Part shown: positions 1 through 13,470 of the stretch, piece after piece
Numbering within the stretch: the stretch's first letter is position 1
How the letters are laid out: each line of letters begins with the position of its first letter
Assembly (NCBI RefSeq): GCF_001194135.2
Contig: NC_068990.1
Coordinates: forward strand, 15,348,302-15,412,301
DNA from: Octopus bimaculoides
Lineage: Eukaryota
Direction: 5' to 3'
DNA: 64,000 nt
Notes under the pieces: model-generated
The model's input: the letters and a program-made list of their open reading frames with translations, nothing else
The model's database searches: none
Told to the model about the DNA's origin: nothing
Translations under genes and position numbers: made by a program

Positions 1-736
1 CTTCTTATGAATTAAATTTGTTTTGATATGCTCTGACTATCTTAAATCTTTGTAAACTTTTAAATAGGTTTCATTTCCTTTTGGTCTGACGTATTAGCAC
101 CACAAATATACTAAAGGTTCATTCAACGATGGTTTCAATGAATAAATTAAAGGTGAAAGGTGGATGAGGAATAGGGAAGAAGAGGAGGCTTGCAGTGAAA
201 CTGTGGGAGTCAGTGCTACAAACTACTGCTTGATTCAATAACCTATTTTTCTATGCGCTTGACTAAATTATTAATTTTGTACTTCCTTTACACAAACTTT
301 GTCTTTTCCAGTGATTGTCGAGAGGTTAGGAAACAAAATCATAGATTCATCTCTGTTATTATTTTCAGCAGTTTAACTGATGTCTACATTGATACTTGTG
401 TGAAATGCAGGTGTGACTGTCTGCTTAAGAAGCTTGCTTCGGAACCATGTGGTCTGGAGTTCAGTCCCACTGTTTGACACCCTGGGCAAGTGTCTTTTAT
501 ACAGCTCTGGGCCAACCAATGTGTTGTGAGTAGATTTGGTAGATGGAAACTATGTGGTAGCCCATCATGATTCTCTCATTCTTTCTTTCTCTGTCTGTGT
601 GTACACACACACATATTTACACACACATATATAAACAACAGCACTTTTATGATGAAGATGCTAATTTACAAACAATCACACATGCACAAAACATATGCAC
701 GTATGTATAGATATGTATGTGTGTGTAGATATATAT

Positions 737-954
737 AAGAAGGTGTGCTGAAATGTTTTTGGCTTTAAGGGTATTGTGAAAGGCCTGGCTGAAGGCCCAT
801 CCTTCTGAGTTCTTTTACAGGGTTTAAAAAAACTGAAGGACCACGCCAATAAGTATATGAATCTGAGAGGGGAATATGTTGAATAAAATCATAATTAACT
901 GATCCTCTTGTATTTTCTTTTACCCAAAGCCAGGAACTTTTCAGCACCCCTTTG
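737..954 (+). mobile_element. Mariner-derived MITE
   Basis: Imperfect TIRs aaggtgtgctgaaatgtttttggcttt / aaagccaggaacttttcagcacccctt, TA-flanked. The interior encodes a mariner C-terminal remnant (KKLKDHANKYMNLRGEYVE). Confidence 0.75.
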
Positions 955-1361
955 TATATGTATTTACACACACACACACACACACACGTAGTGTGTATAT
1001 GTGTATGTTTGTGAGTAATCTTGTGATGGTTGTAAATTAGCATCAGCATCATAAAAGTGGTGTTGTTTGTTTCCAGTCTTCCATGAAAACATGTCTGGTC
1101 ATGAAGAATATTAATTTGCTTGGAAACAGATGAGGGTTGTTGACAGGAAGGGCATCCAGCTGTAGAAAATCTGCTTCAACAAATTCTGTCTGATCCATGC
1201 TACCATGGAAAAGGAGATGTTTGCACGATGATACTTGCTAATGATAGTGGTGGTGGGGGACAAGGATGGATGGGGTAAGATTACTGCCTTTGCCCAAAGC
1301 AGAGCAAAATGACAGTGAGTGGAATTGAAACTGAGTCAGGTCTGTAGGTGATGATCATCAA

Positions 1362-1389
<28 letters not shown>

Positions 1390-1397
<8 letters not shown>

Positions 1398-2300
1398 TTA
1401 GCATCTGCTTTCCATGCTGGAATGGGTTAAATGATTTGACTGGAACTGGTACGCTAAAGAGCTGTACCTGGTGCCAGTCTGATTTTGGCTTGGTTTCTAT
1501 GGCTGGCTGCCCTTTCTAACACCAAACACTCCAAAGAGTGTAGTGGGTGCCTTTAACATGTCACTGGCATGGGTACTTTTTATGTGTCATCAGCATGGGG
1601 TGCTTTTACATGTCACTGGCACAAGTGGCTTTTACATGTCACCAGCATGGGTGGCCTCCACGTGCCACTGGCACGGGTACCTTTTACATGTTGTTGGCAC
1701 TGGCCACAACTACGATTTCGCTTAGTTTGATGTGTCTTCTCAAGCACAGCAAACTACCAAGGCTTCGATCACTTATTATTGTCTCCATGAGACCCAACAT
1801 CTGAAGATCATGCTTCACCATCTTGTCCCACGTCTTCCTGGAACTACTTCTTCCATAGATTCCCTCCACAGGTAAAGATTGGCACTTCTTCATGCACCTG
1901 TCCTCGTCCATACGCATCATGTAACCATACCAGCTCTCTTGCAAACCACATCTAATGCCACTTATGCCTAATTTTTCTCTCAAGATGCTTACATTCTGTT
2001 GTACATATACATTGACATTACACATCTGATGAAGTATACAAGCTTCATATTTTTTCAAGCTTTCACATGTCCAGTGCAGTCACAGCCCATGTTTTGCTGC
2101 CGTGTAGCATGGCTGTTCACACATAGGTATCATGCAATCTCCCTTTCATTGTGCGGGACAGACCCTTTGTTGCCAACAAAAGTAGAAACTCACTGAACTT
2201 TGCCCAACCTCTTCTTATTCTACCAGCTACACTCTCAGAGGATCCACCTCCACTGCTGACCTGAGCATCTAGATAATAGAAGTATCTACTACTTCTAAGT
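1390..2300 (-). mobile_element. RTE LINE 3' fragment (RT C-terminus plus 3' UTR)
   Basis: Minus-strand peptides VAGRIRRGWAKFSEFLLLLATKGLS and LREKLGISGIRC..RKTWDKMVKHDLQMLGL. The 3' UTR has tgccactggcac minisatellite units and an (ATG)n tail. Confidence 0.85.
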
Positions 2301-2661
2301 GTCCCTACCACTGGGTATTTATTTAATGGAGTCCATTTTCTGTACATTTCTAGTGTTTATTGTAGCTATACACCTGCCATACACAAAAACTACTTTCTCT
2401 CTCTCTCTCTACACTCACACACACATACAAACACAATATACATTAAAATACACACATATCTTGTGTGTACAGGTGGATGTACAACTGCTAGTTCTCTGTA
2501 GTTTTAGGCAATGCAGTGTTTCCTGATGATCCATTCTGGTTAAGCATCCAAATATGCTTGGAAACATTCAATGCAGGTTTCTAAGCAACCATAATGGTGA
2601 AAAATATGTAAGAACTAATAATATAGAATTGTGTTTATCATAATTTCTCCTAAAAATGCAT

Positions 2662-2731
<70 letters not shown>

Positions 2732-2899
2732 TAAAGCGAAGGTAGAAAAATTTGGTGTATTTTAGTTCCATGTTACATGTGTTTCAGGGTAGAAGTCACA
2801 AAGGTATACATGTAGAAAATGTATAGAATTACCCACCTGTAATTCTTCAGGAAAAGATTTTAAAATAACACACACAAACACATACATATCTATATATAC

Positions 2900-3406
2900 G
2901 CTTCAGATCGAGTTGGATGGCGAACAAGGGTGTGGAGTGGAGTGAAAGCATTTGAAGAGGCCAGGATGATGCAAGCAGGGCTCAAGAGACATTTAAGGAA
3001 AAATGTAAAGACTGAGAAGGTGAATGACAAGGACCTTTTTGTGTGCACAGTCTGTGACAGACCATGTCTGTCCTTGGCTGGCCTCAAATCTCACCTACGA
3101 ACCCATGGAAAACAAACCTCATCCAGCTATTCTGATTATATGTCTGTGCACACGTTTGAATGTGGTGTGTGCCAGAGGGTTTGCAAATCCAATGGGGGTC
3201 TTAAAAGACATGTTAGGATCCACAATGAGCAGAACTTACTTGCAGGTATTGGTAGTGCAAATCAGAGGTGCAATCTGTGTGGGTGTTTTTTCAAAACACT
3301 GTCTGGTTTAAAAAGCCACATCAGACGCCATGAAAGGGCTAAGGTGTAGGTGCAGGAGGTGGTCAAACTCTGTTTAAGGAGTAGACAACCACCATATATA
3401 TATATA
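2900..3406 (+). mobile_element. 5'-truncated RTE-type LINE 3' end with open ORF carrying three C2H2 zinc fingers
   Basis: Frame open from 2900 to 3349: ASDRVGWRTRVWSGVKAFEEAR...LKRHLRK (typical RTE ORF C-terminus), then CTVC..HLRTH, CGVC..HVRIH and CNLC..HIRRH. A short 3' UTR ends in (AT)n. Confidence 0.75.
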
Positions 3407-3626
3407 AAACCAAGAAAGAGAACAAATTTCAAAGGTCAGTGTTTATATTCACTCAATATATTTCAAAACGTCGGAATACTCCATAGCATGCATAGGTGCA
3501 TTCATATACACAAGATATAATACAAAAATCTATAAATATATAAATATAAAAATACATAAATGTACTTGCGAAGTTGTATGTCTATATTAAAATCAATGAG
3601 GATATTAAAATATGCAGATGGTGAAC

Positions 3627-3715
<89 letters not shown>

Positions 3716-3959
3716 CATCCACGCACACACTCATCCACACACACACACACACTCACACACACGCACACACACCATGTATACACAGAGAAAGTTAATATAA
3801 GTCCTTATGTAATTCCAAGTTTAAAATCTCTCTGTCTCTGTATAAGTTAGAAAATTTATCTGTTGAGAATTTTTAGAAACGCAATGTATCAATTTCTATC
3901 ACCATCAATCAAAACCAAACATCATCTGTCCTTATTAATTAAAAAAAAAAAAATTAAAT

Positions 3960-4286
3960 TGCTTCAACTTTATTTTATGGGGAGCTGTACCAACTGCTGT
4001 TTATTGAACTAAAATGCGTTCTATAGATGACTTGCAGGCTAAGATAATTAATTTGATCCAGGGTGTAACTGGAAATCAGCTGCAAAATATATTTGTAGAA
4101 TTCTGAAATTGCATCACAGTTTCTATACATAATGATAGAAGAGTTGTTGAAATCTTAAGAATAAATCTATATAAAACTTAATAAATGTTTTTTCACTTAT
4201 CCTTGTCAAAAATTAATTCTACCATATATAGAACTAAAGTTATATAAATTTAAACTTGCACAAACACTTTATAATAACCTTCTGTA
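3960..4286 (+). mobile_element. Tc1/mariner transposase C-terminal fossil
   Basis: Translates NFILWGAVPTAVY*TKMRSIDDLQAKIINLIQGVTGNQLQNIFVEF*, the Tc1/mariner post-catalytic pattern with stops. A possible TIR lies near 4270-4286. Confidence 0.6.
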
Positions 4287-4740
4287 TGTATATTTTATTA
4301 CAAGTAGATCTAAGAATAAATTGTTTACTCACTCATGTTAATAGGTTTTTTAGGGTGCAACTATGTTTGTTTGGTTAAGAAGCTTGTTTTGCTATCATAT
4401 GGTTTCAGGTTCAGTCCCACAGTGCAACACCTTGGGCAAATGTCTTCTACAATAGTCCCAGGTCGACTAATGCCTTGTGAGTGAATTTGGCAGATGGAAA
4501 ATGTGTGAGAGCCCATCATATATATATATATATATATCATCATCATCATCATCATTGTTTAACGTCCACTTTCCATGCTCCCATGGGTTGGACAGTTTGA
4601 GGCGCAGCCTCCTAGCTTGCCAGGCCCCAGTCAAACTGCCCAACCCATGCCAGCATGGAAAGTAGATGTTAAACGATAATGATGATGATGATGATGTATA
4701 TGTATGTATACGCATATGTATATTTATAAGTTTGTGTGTG

Positions 4741-4784
<44 letters not shown>

Positions 4785-6234
4785 NNNNNNNNNNNNNNNN
4801 NNNNNNNNNNNNNNNNNNNNNNNNNNNNNNNNNNNNNNNNNNNNNNNNNNNNNNNNNNNNNNNNNNNNNNNNNNNNNNNNNNNNNNNNNNNNNNNNNNNN
4901 NNNNNNNNNNNNNNNNNNNNNNNNNNNNNNNNNNNNNNNNNNNNNNNNNNNNNNNNNNNNNNNNNNNNNNNNNNNNNNNNNNNNNNNNNNNNNNNNNNNN
5001 NNNNNNNNNNNNNNNNNNNNNNNNNNNNNNNNNNNNNNNNNNNNNNNAAAAAAGAAATAAAATCTGTATTTTGTAAGACAGCAAAGTGACAGCTGCAGAC
5101 ATGTTTTGCTTTTATTTGATCTCTTCAGGAAAAAATAGTCTTGTCAGCCTCCTTTAATCATCACTGGGCAGAAATTTTTAGCTGTGAGAAAAGAGTCAGA
5201 AAGCATCATCATCATCATCATTATCATATCACTGTTGTCATCTTCATTGTCTACATCATAATCATCATCATCATTGTCATCATTGTTATCATCATCGTCA
5301 CTATCATCTTCTTCATTGTCATCATCATCATCTTCATCGTCACTATCATTATCATCATCATCATCATTGTCTTAATGTCCACTTTTCCATGCTTGTATGA
5401 GGTCAGACAGAATTCAGTAAGGCATATTTTACTTGGATGGGTGCCCATCCTGTCACCAACCCTCACCTCTATACAAGAGCAGTAATACTTGCTCATGCGT
5501 GGACAAGTCTATTTCACAGAACATTGGAAATGGATAGTACCACACATGTACATGTGCACCCCCACACCACACACACATACATCATACATGCATGCATGCA
5601 AGTATACATACATACATACATACATACATACATGCACTCTTCACTGGAATTGTAAAAATCTGTGAAACTTTCCAGAAGTTTATCATTTAAATATATATGA
5701 GTGTGTCTAGATATGCAAGTATACACATGAGAATACATACATAAAACAACACATACAAATCTGCACATACATACATACATACATACATACATACATACAT
5801 ACCCTGTGGTTGATGTTCAAATTCTAATGAAGAAATCTTGAAGTAAAACTGAATAATGACATACATATATTGTGTATATATATTTTGGTCAGTATTATTG
5901 GTATATTTACTGAAAGTAAGTTAAGGGAAGTAGCACACACAGGTCAATGATTATTGAGTTTGTTAAAGATGTACTGAATAATAAATGCAAGATATTCTTA
6001 ATGAATTGAAATTTGCCTCTTCATGAGAGAAAGGAAAGAAAATAACCTATGGGCAATTGTTAGAGACTTTCAAAGCAAAAGAAAGATACGTTCAAGAAAT
6101 TTAAAATTAAATTTAACAGTAAATTGAATTATCTAAATTCATGTCATTACTTCGTTTGAGTAATTTCCTTTAGCTTACTTCCGACACACACACACACACA
6201 GAGACACAGACACACACACACACACAGAGACACA

Positions 6235-6286
<52 letters not shown>

Positions 6287-9125
6287 CAAGCATGCATGAA
6301 TGTATATACATATACTTATATGTATGAATTTATATGTGTGTGTGTGTATATATATTTATGTATCTATTTATTTATTTATGTACATAGACGTATACATACA
6401 CACACATGCATTTGATCTAATCAGTTAGTTTATATCAATATCTGTATACACACATACTTATGCTCACACGTAACACACACACATATACATTTGTGTTTGT
6501 GTGTATGTGTGTAGAAAATATGTAACTTTATCCAAAGCTCTAAAAGGATTTTAATCTCCAGTTTCATAATATTGAAGAGGTGATAACAAATCTTTCTCTT
6601 GATAAGAATCCAGTCTGCCTCAGATAACCTTTCCAAATGATCTCATACCTACCTATTCCTGATTCTCAACTAAACTCTGACCACTTTGAATCGAGAGCAG
6701 TACTCAAAATAAACAAAATAAATGCCTGCAACCATTTTTGACCCAGAATCCTTTGTGATGGCAAGTCCTATACCACATTTACACAGCCATTTAATATCTT
6801 CTTTATGGTTATTGCTTAGCACTCTGGAAGACAAAGTAGATAGTTTATAGAATAGTAAACCAAGAAAGATATGACTGGAAGTCGTTAGGTCAGGCTTTAA
6901 GATATTAGTCCTCACAGATAAGATGATGTAAGGTGAGAAAGCCAACAGAGAATTACTTTATTTATTGACTTTTCTTGAAATTGCCAGCATGTAAAAAAAA
7001 ATGGATGTTAAAATGGTAAAAGTTATGAGGGTTTTCAGTGACGGATTTTTAACTGTTGTATTCAGCATATTTAGCAAGAATGTTGGAACTCGCTCATTGT
7101 TAATCATGATAATGATAGTAAAAGTAATGCATGAGATCGTTTTAGTGATTAAGATTCCTTTCTTCTCTTTTGTGTTGCCAACACAGTTATTCCAGGTGAT
7201 GCTTTTCAAGTGACTTGCTTCTGTTGTTGTTGTTGTTTTTTTTGTTTTTTTTTGGTATTTTACTTCCGTTTGAAGTTCAATGACGATGGAAAGATTCTGA
7301 TCCGTCAGTAATCAGAGGTTTTTGTGTATCTGTGACAAAAAAAGAAAAAAAAAAAAAAGAAATGGAGGAATATTTAATAACATTTGCATTTTCATAGAAA
7401 GTAGTGAGAAAAATATATGAATGTGTAGCTTAAACAATTCATGATAGGCGTAAATACTCACTTGGAGACTTGAGTCACCGACACAACAGGATGGATGCTT
7501 TTAAAACTTAGCTTCTGCTTCTCATAAATTCACTTTAATGAATTCAAATGTCAACTGCAAACTAAAATTGAATGTGGTTCTTCAGTTTTCCCAAACCATT
7601 ATATTTGTAATTTTCTTTTTTTAGATTTTAACATTTGTAGGATTATTAAAAATAAAAGAAAATAATAAAAAAAGAACAAGATGAACAAATTATAGGTGAG
7701 GGGGAGTGTTCACCTATCATCTCAATTGGTGTAATCTTTAGTTGTCACTGTAACCTCTGCATGTGTGTGAGACAGAGAGAGAGAGAAAGAGAGAGAGACA
7801 ATAGTTTAAGTGGTGGACTAACCACCAGACAGTCAAGAGTTCAAACCAAAAATGATTATTTTGATTGGAGCATCTGCTTGCTTATTTCTCTTTGTTCAAA
7901 CTTGTTGAAGGTTATTTTGGATAACAGGATCCATCAAAATCTATAGACTATGTTCTGGTGAGGTAGGATGTGACTATGAAATGATTATGTGTATATATGT
8001 ATATATATGTGTGTGTATGCATATATATGTGTGTGTATATATATATGTGCGTGTGTATATATATGTGTGTGTATCTATATATATGTGTGTGTGTATATAT
8101 GCGTATGTGTGTGTGTATATATATGTGTATATATATATGTATATATATGTGCGGGTGGCACATAAAAGACACCATTTNNNNNNNNNNNNNNNNNNNNNNN
8201 NNNNNNNNNNNNNNNNNNNNNNNNNNNNNNNNNNNNNNNNNNNNNNNNNNNNNNNNNNNNNNNNNNNNNNNNNNNNNNNNNNNNNNNNNNNNNNNNNNNN
8301 NNNNNNNNNNNNNNNNNNNNNNNNNNNNNNNNNNNNNNNNNNNNNNNNNNNNNNNNNNNNNNNNNNNNNNNNNNNNNNNNNNNNNNNNNNNNNNNNNNNN
8401 NNNNNNNNNNNNNNNNNNNNNNNNNNNNNNNNNNNNNNNNNNNNNNNNNNNNNNNNNNNNNNNNNNNNNNNNNNNNNNNNNNNNNNNNNNNNNNNNNNNN
8501 NNNNNNNNNNNNNNNNNNNNNNNNNNNNNNNNNNNNNNNNNNNNNNNNNNNNNNNNNNNNNNNNNNNNNNNNNNNNNNNNNNNNNNNNNNNNNNNNNNNN
8601 NNNNNNNNNNNNNNNNNNNNNNNNNNNNNNNNNNNNNNNNNNNNNNNNNNNNNNNNNNNNNNNNNNNNNNNNNNNNNNNNNNNNNNNNNNNNNNNNNNNN
8701 NNNNNNNNNNNNNNNNNNNNNNNNNNNNNNNNNNNNNNNNNNNNNNNNNNNNNNNNNNNNNNNNNNNNNNNNNNNNNNNNNNNNNNNNNNNNNNNNNNNN
8801 NNNNNNNNNNNNNNNNNNNNNNNNNNNNNNNNNNNNNNNNNNNNNNNNNNNNNNNNNNNNNNNNNNNNNNNNNNNNNNNNNNNNNNNNNNNNNNNNNNNN
8901 NNNNNNNNNNNNNNNNNNNNNNNNNNNNNNNNNNNNNNNNNNNNNNNNNNNNNNNNNNNNNNNNNNNNNNNNNNNNNNNNNNNNNNNNNNNNNNNNNNNN
9001 NNNNNNNNNNNNNNNNNNNNNNNNNNNNNNNNNNNNNNNNNNNNNNNNNNNNNNNNNNNNNNNNNNNNNNNNNNNNNNNNNNNNNNNNNNNNNNNNNNNN
9101 NNNNNNNNNNNNNNNNNNNNNNNNN

Positions 9126-9158
<33 letters not shown>

Positions 9159-9849
9159 GTGTGTTTATATATGTGTGTGTGTGTGTGTTTATATATATGT
9201 GTATATATGTGTGGGTGTATATATGTGTATGTGTATATATGTGTGTGTGTATATATATATATATTTATGTATTTATATATGGTGCTGGTGCCACATAAAA
9301 GGCACTCAGTGTACTCTGCAAGGTGGTTGATCTCAGAAAAGGGCTTCCAGCTGTAAAATCCCTGCCAAAACAGACAATCTCCTGCCTGTCCAGCTCTTAT
9401 CAATCTATCCAACCCATCCCAGCATGGAAAACGGACATTAAAAGATGATGATGACGACGATGATGATATATATATGATAGGCTTCCACAAGTTCCCATGT
9501 ATGAAGTTCATTCACAAGGTGTTGGATGACCTGGGGTTATATTAGAAAATATTTGCCCAAGCCAGCATGCAATGGGTCTGAACCCCAAAACTACACAGTT
9601 ACTCAGTGAATTTCCTAACTACATGCCAATGTCTGCATAAATTTTCTTTTCTTTTTTTTTTCTTTTTGCCCCGTTTGTTTCATTTAGATTTGATGCTAGA
9701 AATACTCTGAGTTGTGTTATTTTTGTTTTGTTCTGTTGTTTTTCCATTTTCTGTTTTTGTCTTACCTCCCCCCTCTTTCTCTCTTTCTTCCTGTCTTCCT
9801 CCCTCTCCCTCTCTTCCTTCTTTCCTTCATTCTTTCCTTTCTTCCTTCC

Positions 9850-9915
9850 TGCCTTCTGTCTTTCCCTTCTTTCTTTCTTTCTTTCTTTCTTTCTTTCCCT
9901 CTTTCTTTCTTTCCC

Positions 9916-9947
<32 letters not shown>

Positions 9948-10181
9948 TTCTTTCTTTCTGTCTTTCTTTCCCTCACACATTAATTAAGTTGAAGAAGCAG
10001 GGGAATTTCAGTTTGCAAATAAAAGTGAATTGCTATCATCTGCTCTACATTTTGACATGCTGACATTTTTATCAATAAAAAACAAGTGATATTTATTACT
10101 TTATGCATAAAATGTAAATAATATTTCGAAGAGAGTCCAATTTATGTAAGGGAAGCAATGCAGTTAATTAAATTGACTGCT

Positions 10182-10228
<47 letters not shown>

Positions 10229-10445
10229 AAGTACGACTTGAATCATCATCATCATCATTATCATCAACCGCCACCACAACTATTGCTGCTGAGCCCACCA
10301 CAATCACTGCTGCCACCACCACCTCTACCATTACCTCTGCTGCTGCTGCCCCCACTGCTACCACTGTTAATTCTGCTGTCACCACCACAACCACTGCTAC
10401 CATCCCTGCCACCACCGCCACTACCACTACCACCACCAGCATCAT
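9850..10445. repeat. Compound simple repeats: (CTTT)n, (GA)n, CAC/GCT-rich low-complexity tract
   Basis: Seen directly. Representative of dozens of microsatellites, e.g. (CA)n 2665-2728, (TA)n 3638-3700, (TAA)n 20066-20148, (TC)n 31056-31155, (CATA)n 54290-54360. Confidence 0.95.
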
Positions 10446-10604
10446 TATGTCCACTTTTTATGCAGGCATGTGCTGTATGGATTGTCAGGTCCTGGATCAA
10501 GTCCTGTTGGGTGTTACTGCCCTCCTAAACAGGTCAGAGGACTGTTTTGCTTGTGTTTCAATTGTGACTTGATTTCAAACGGCAAGATGCTCTTTATATC
10601 ACCA

Positions 10605-11050
10605 ACCACTTTACAGAGTATACCGTATGCATTTCATCATGTTGTCAACACCATAGAGGTTGCAATCTCCTTCATAAGACAAAAGATATCCTCTTGACCC
10701 CTATGTTGTCCCCACTCATTTGTCAGCCACTTCACAGGTTGTACAGAGTGCATTTTATCAAGGTACCAGTACTAGGGGTGTTGCCACCTCCTTCACTGGA
10801 TAATAAGGATACTCTTGTCCCCTACATAGTCTCCATACGTTTGTCAATCACTTACCACTTCACAAAGTATACAGTGTGTATATTATCAAGGCACCAGCAC
10901 TAGGAGGTGTTGTCACCTCCTTTACAGGATAATAAGGATTCTCTTGACCCTTACATAGTCTCCACACATTTGCCAACCACTTTACACTTTACAGTGTGTA
11001 GCTGGTGCATTTTGTCATGATAACAACACTAGAAGAGTTGTCTTGTCTCA
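10605..11050. repeat. Degenerate tandem repeat, ~121-128 bp unit, ~3.5 copies
   Basis: Units start at 10605, 10726, 10854 and 10976 (accacttcaca...atcaaggtaccagcactagg..gttgccacctccttcac.ggataataaggat.ctcttgacccc). Confidence 0.8.
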
Positions 11051-11888
11051 TATAAAAGCTAAAGAATTTTTAGTACTATAAAGCATTTGAACTAGCACTA
11101 ATACTTCTGTTAACTGTCATTATCTATGAAATATAAAACAATAAAATTCTTTAGTATGAAAGAAAAATATTGGTTTATTCTCTTGACATAGAGTCTAGAT
11201 AAATTGTGAATTGGGAATGGAAATAAAGTGGTGCTACTGTAAAATGTCATTAGCTTTCAGCTCTGTTTCCTGAGAAGTTACACAGTTAATTTGGCTAGAC
11301 ACATAATTAGTTTTTGTGTGAGAGAAACATAACTTCTATTACTCACACAGTTGACTTTCTCTAATCCATCACTGTTGGGACCTGTGGATTGCCATGTTTG
11401 TGAATTTGCTGGGTCATCAATGATTAGGTAGGCATATTCAGTTTACACATGCGACTAAATAACCTTATCCAACCTTTAAAACACCTCGTGAATCAGTACA
11501 AGATATTTAATTAAGAGAAAAGAAGTATTAACTGAAAAGTGATTGAAATCTTAATAAAGAACAAGTAAAGTAATGGATACAGGTAAAAAAAAATATACAG
11601 GTAAAATAAAGAGTACAAGTATAGAAATTCTGTTGATTTATGTGAAAAAGTTCACCACTGACGATACTTGCAAAATGAAGAGCTGGAATTTAACACTAAG
11701 CAGAGTTACATAGGAGGAAGTAAAAACTCAGAATGCTCATTTTCATCTTGAAAGATGGCCAAAACATTAGTAACTGGTAATGAAATTGGTACAGTATCTT
11801 TTTCAGGAATTATTGATGTCAGTAGCATCATTTCTGGATGTGAAGGAGATGATGTATTGGATTTTCAAGTGACAACTCTTCACAAATA

Positions 11889-13150
11889 TCACAAATGTAA
11901 CCTAATTTTTTTGAACATATCTTTCAAGCTAGGCTGTTTCATATATCTCAGTCTTTCTTTGATTAGTTTATCCTGCAGCATGTAAACATTCATTATTTCT
12001 TGTTCAGTTACAAAATTGTATTGCTCAAGACCTTTTAGCACTTCACCTGTCAATTGAATTAACTTGGCAATAGAAATTCTTTCTGCTACATCTTTCTCAT
12101 TTTCATCATAGCTTTCTTCATCACTTTGTTCTTTCTCAGAATTTACAACTATCTGCACAATTCCTAAGACTGTATTGAGTAATGATGAACATTAACTACA
12201 GCGGCAGATACATAAATTCCATGACATTATCTTTATTCAATCTTGATGCAAAATCTTTAACTCTTGGATTATGAGCAAAAGATAGCAGTATATGTGCAAT
12301 CTCCCTTTCCTTTGAAACCCTAACTTCTATAAAGTCGTATGCAGTGTCTTCACCAGGTGCAGACTCAAACATTAAACTCAGCCACAATTTCTGCCATCCA
12401 ATTTTTTTTTATTATTGATGCTTCTACAAACTTCTAAGCATCGGCAACACAGTAAACCATAACCCTTGTATTAAATCCCTTAAGAAACTCCTTCACTGGT
12501 CTACCAGAGTTAGCTGCACTCACTAGGTACCTCATAAACAAAGAGTGCTGTCATCAGCCTCCTCCTCCTCATCATCATCGTCATTGTCATCACCATCATC
12601 ATTGTCATCATTATCATCATCATCATCATCATCATCATCACCATTATCATCATTATTATCGTCATTGTTTTAAAGTCCATTTTTCAATGCTTGCATGAGT
12701 CAGACAGTTGTACTGAGGTAGATTTTCTACAGCTAGATGCCCTTCCTCTTATTATTCAGGAGCCAAATTAATGATGTACAACAAGAGTTAAGTGGTAAAT
12801 TGTTACCATTATCTATAACCAGAAGTTCTGCTTCTTGATGTGTAGTGCAGCCATTTAAAATTAGCATTAACTTAAAGTTGTGGTCTGTTCCAAGAAAGTC
12901 ATAGTGATTTCTTGCTTCAAGAATAAAATGTCTTTCAAACCATTCCAATGTCATGTTATCTGCGACTCAACCTTCTTGTTGGCACAATAAATCACTAGAG
13001 ACTGTGCCACACCTTTGAAGACCATAGCTTGTGATCTTTTGCCAATGACCAGCAGCTTAAATTTTAACTACCATCATTTGCAATCTAGTCCTAAGTTCAT
13101 CACAAAATATTTCAGTCTTTTCTATTACCAGACATCTCAGCAGGATAATG
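11889..13150 (-). pseudogene. pogo/Tigger-family (DDE_1) transposase fossil interrupted by a repeat tail at ~12560-12750
   Basis: Minus-strand pieces KLLVIGKRSQAMVFKGV..YCANKK, LEWFERHFILEARNH..KLMLILNGCTTH and IAKLIQLTGEVLKGLEQYNFVTEQEIMNVYMLQDKLIKERLRYMKQPSLKDMFKK resemble JRK/TIGD-like transposases. Frameshifts and stops are present. Confidence 0.8.
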
Positions 13151-13204
13151 GATTGCCATTAGTTGGCCTTTGTATCTAACCAATGACTATTATACTCAGA
13201 AACT

Positions 13205-13470
13205 GGGATGTGTCCTGTGACTTGTATGATTCAGGAACATCAGCTCAAACTGTTTGGTCATGTTGCTCAGTTTTCTCAATTGGATCCAGGACATCATGTT
13301 TTTTTCTCTGAGGATCTGGCTGGGGTGATGGCTTGTGTTGGTCAGCCATTAGCCACATGGTCTGAATGGATGAAGAAGTATCTTGTAGAGATGGGGGTCT
13401 CAGATAGGGACACTGGTTGGAGAGTTGCCTGGGATGACCCTAGCAAATACTGACAAATGGTGGATAGATC
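13205..13470 (+). mobile_element. RTE-like RT C-terminal fragment
   Basis: Translates CPVTCMIQEHQLKLFGHVAQFSQLDP...GQPLATWSEWMKKYL...WRVAWDDP, containing the L.WFGHV.R motif. Confidence 0.65.

Noticed and set aside
2930-3349. Host C2H2 transcription-factor gene
   Set aside because: It begins abruptly after a microsatellite in an RTE-type C-terminal motif, has no splice acceptor or TGEKP linkers, and ends with a LINE-like tail.
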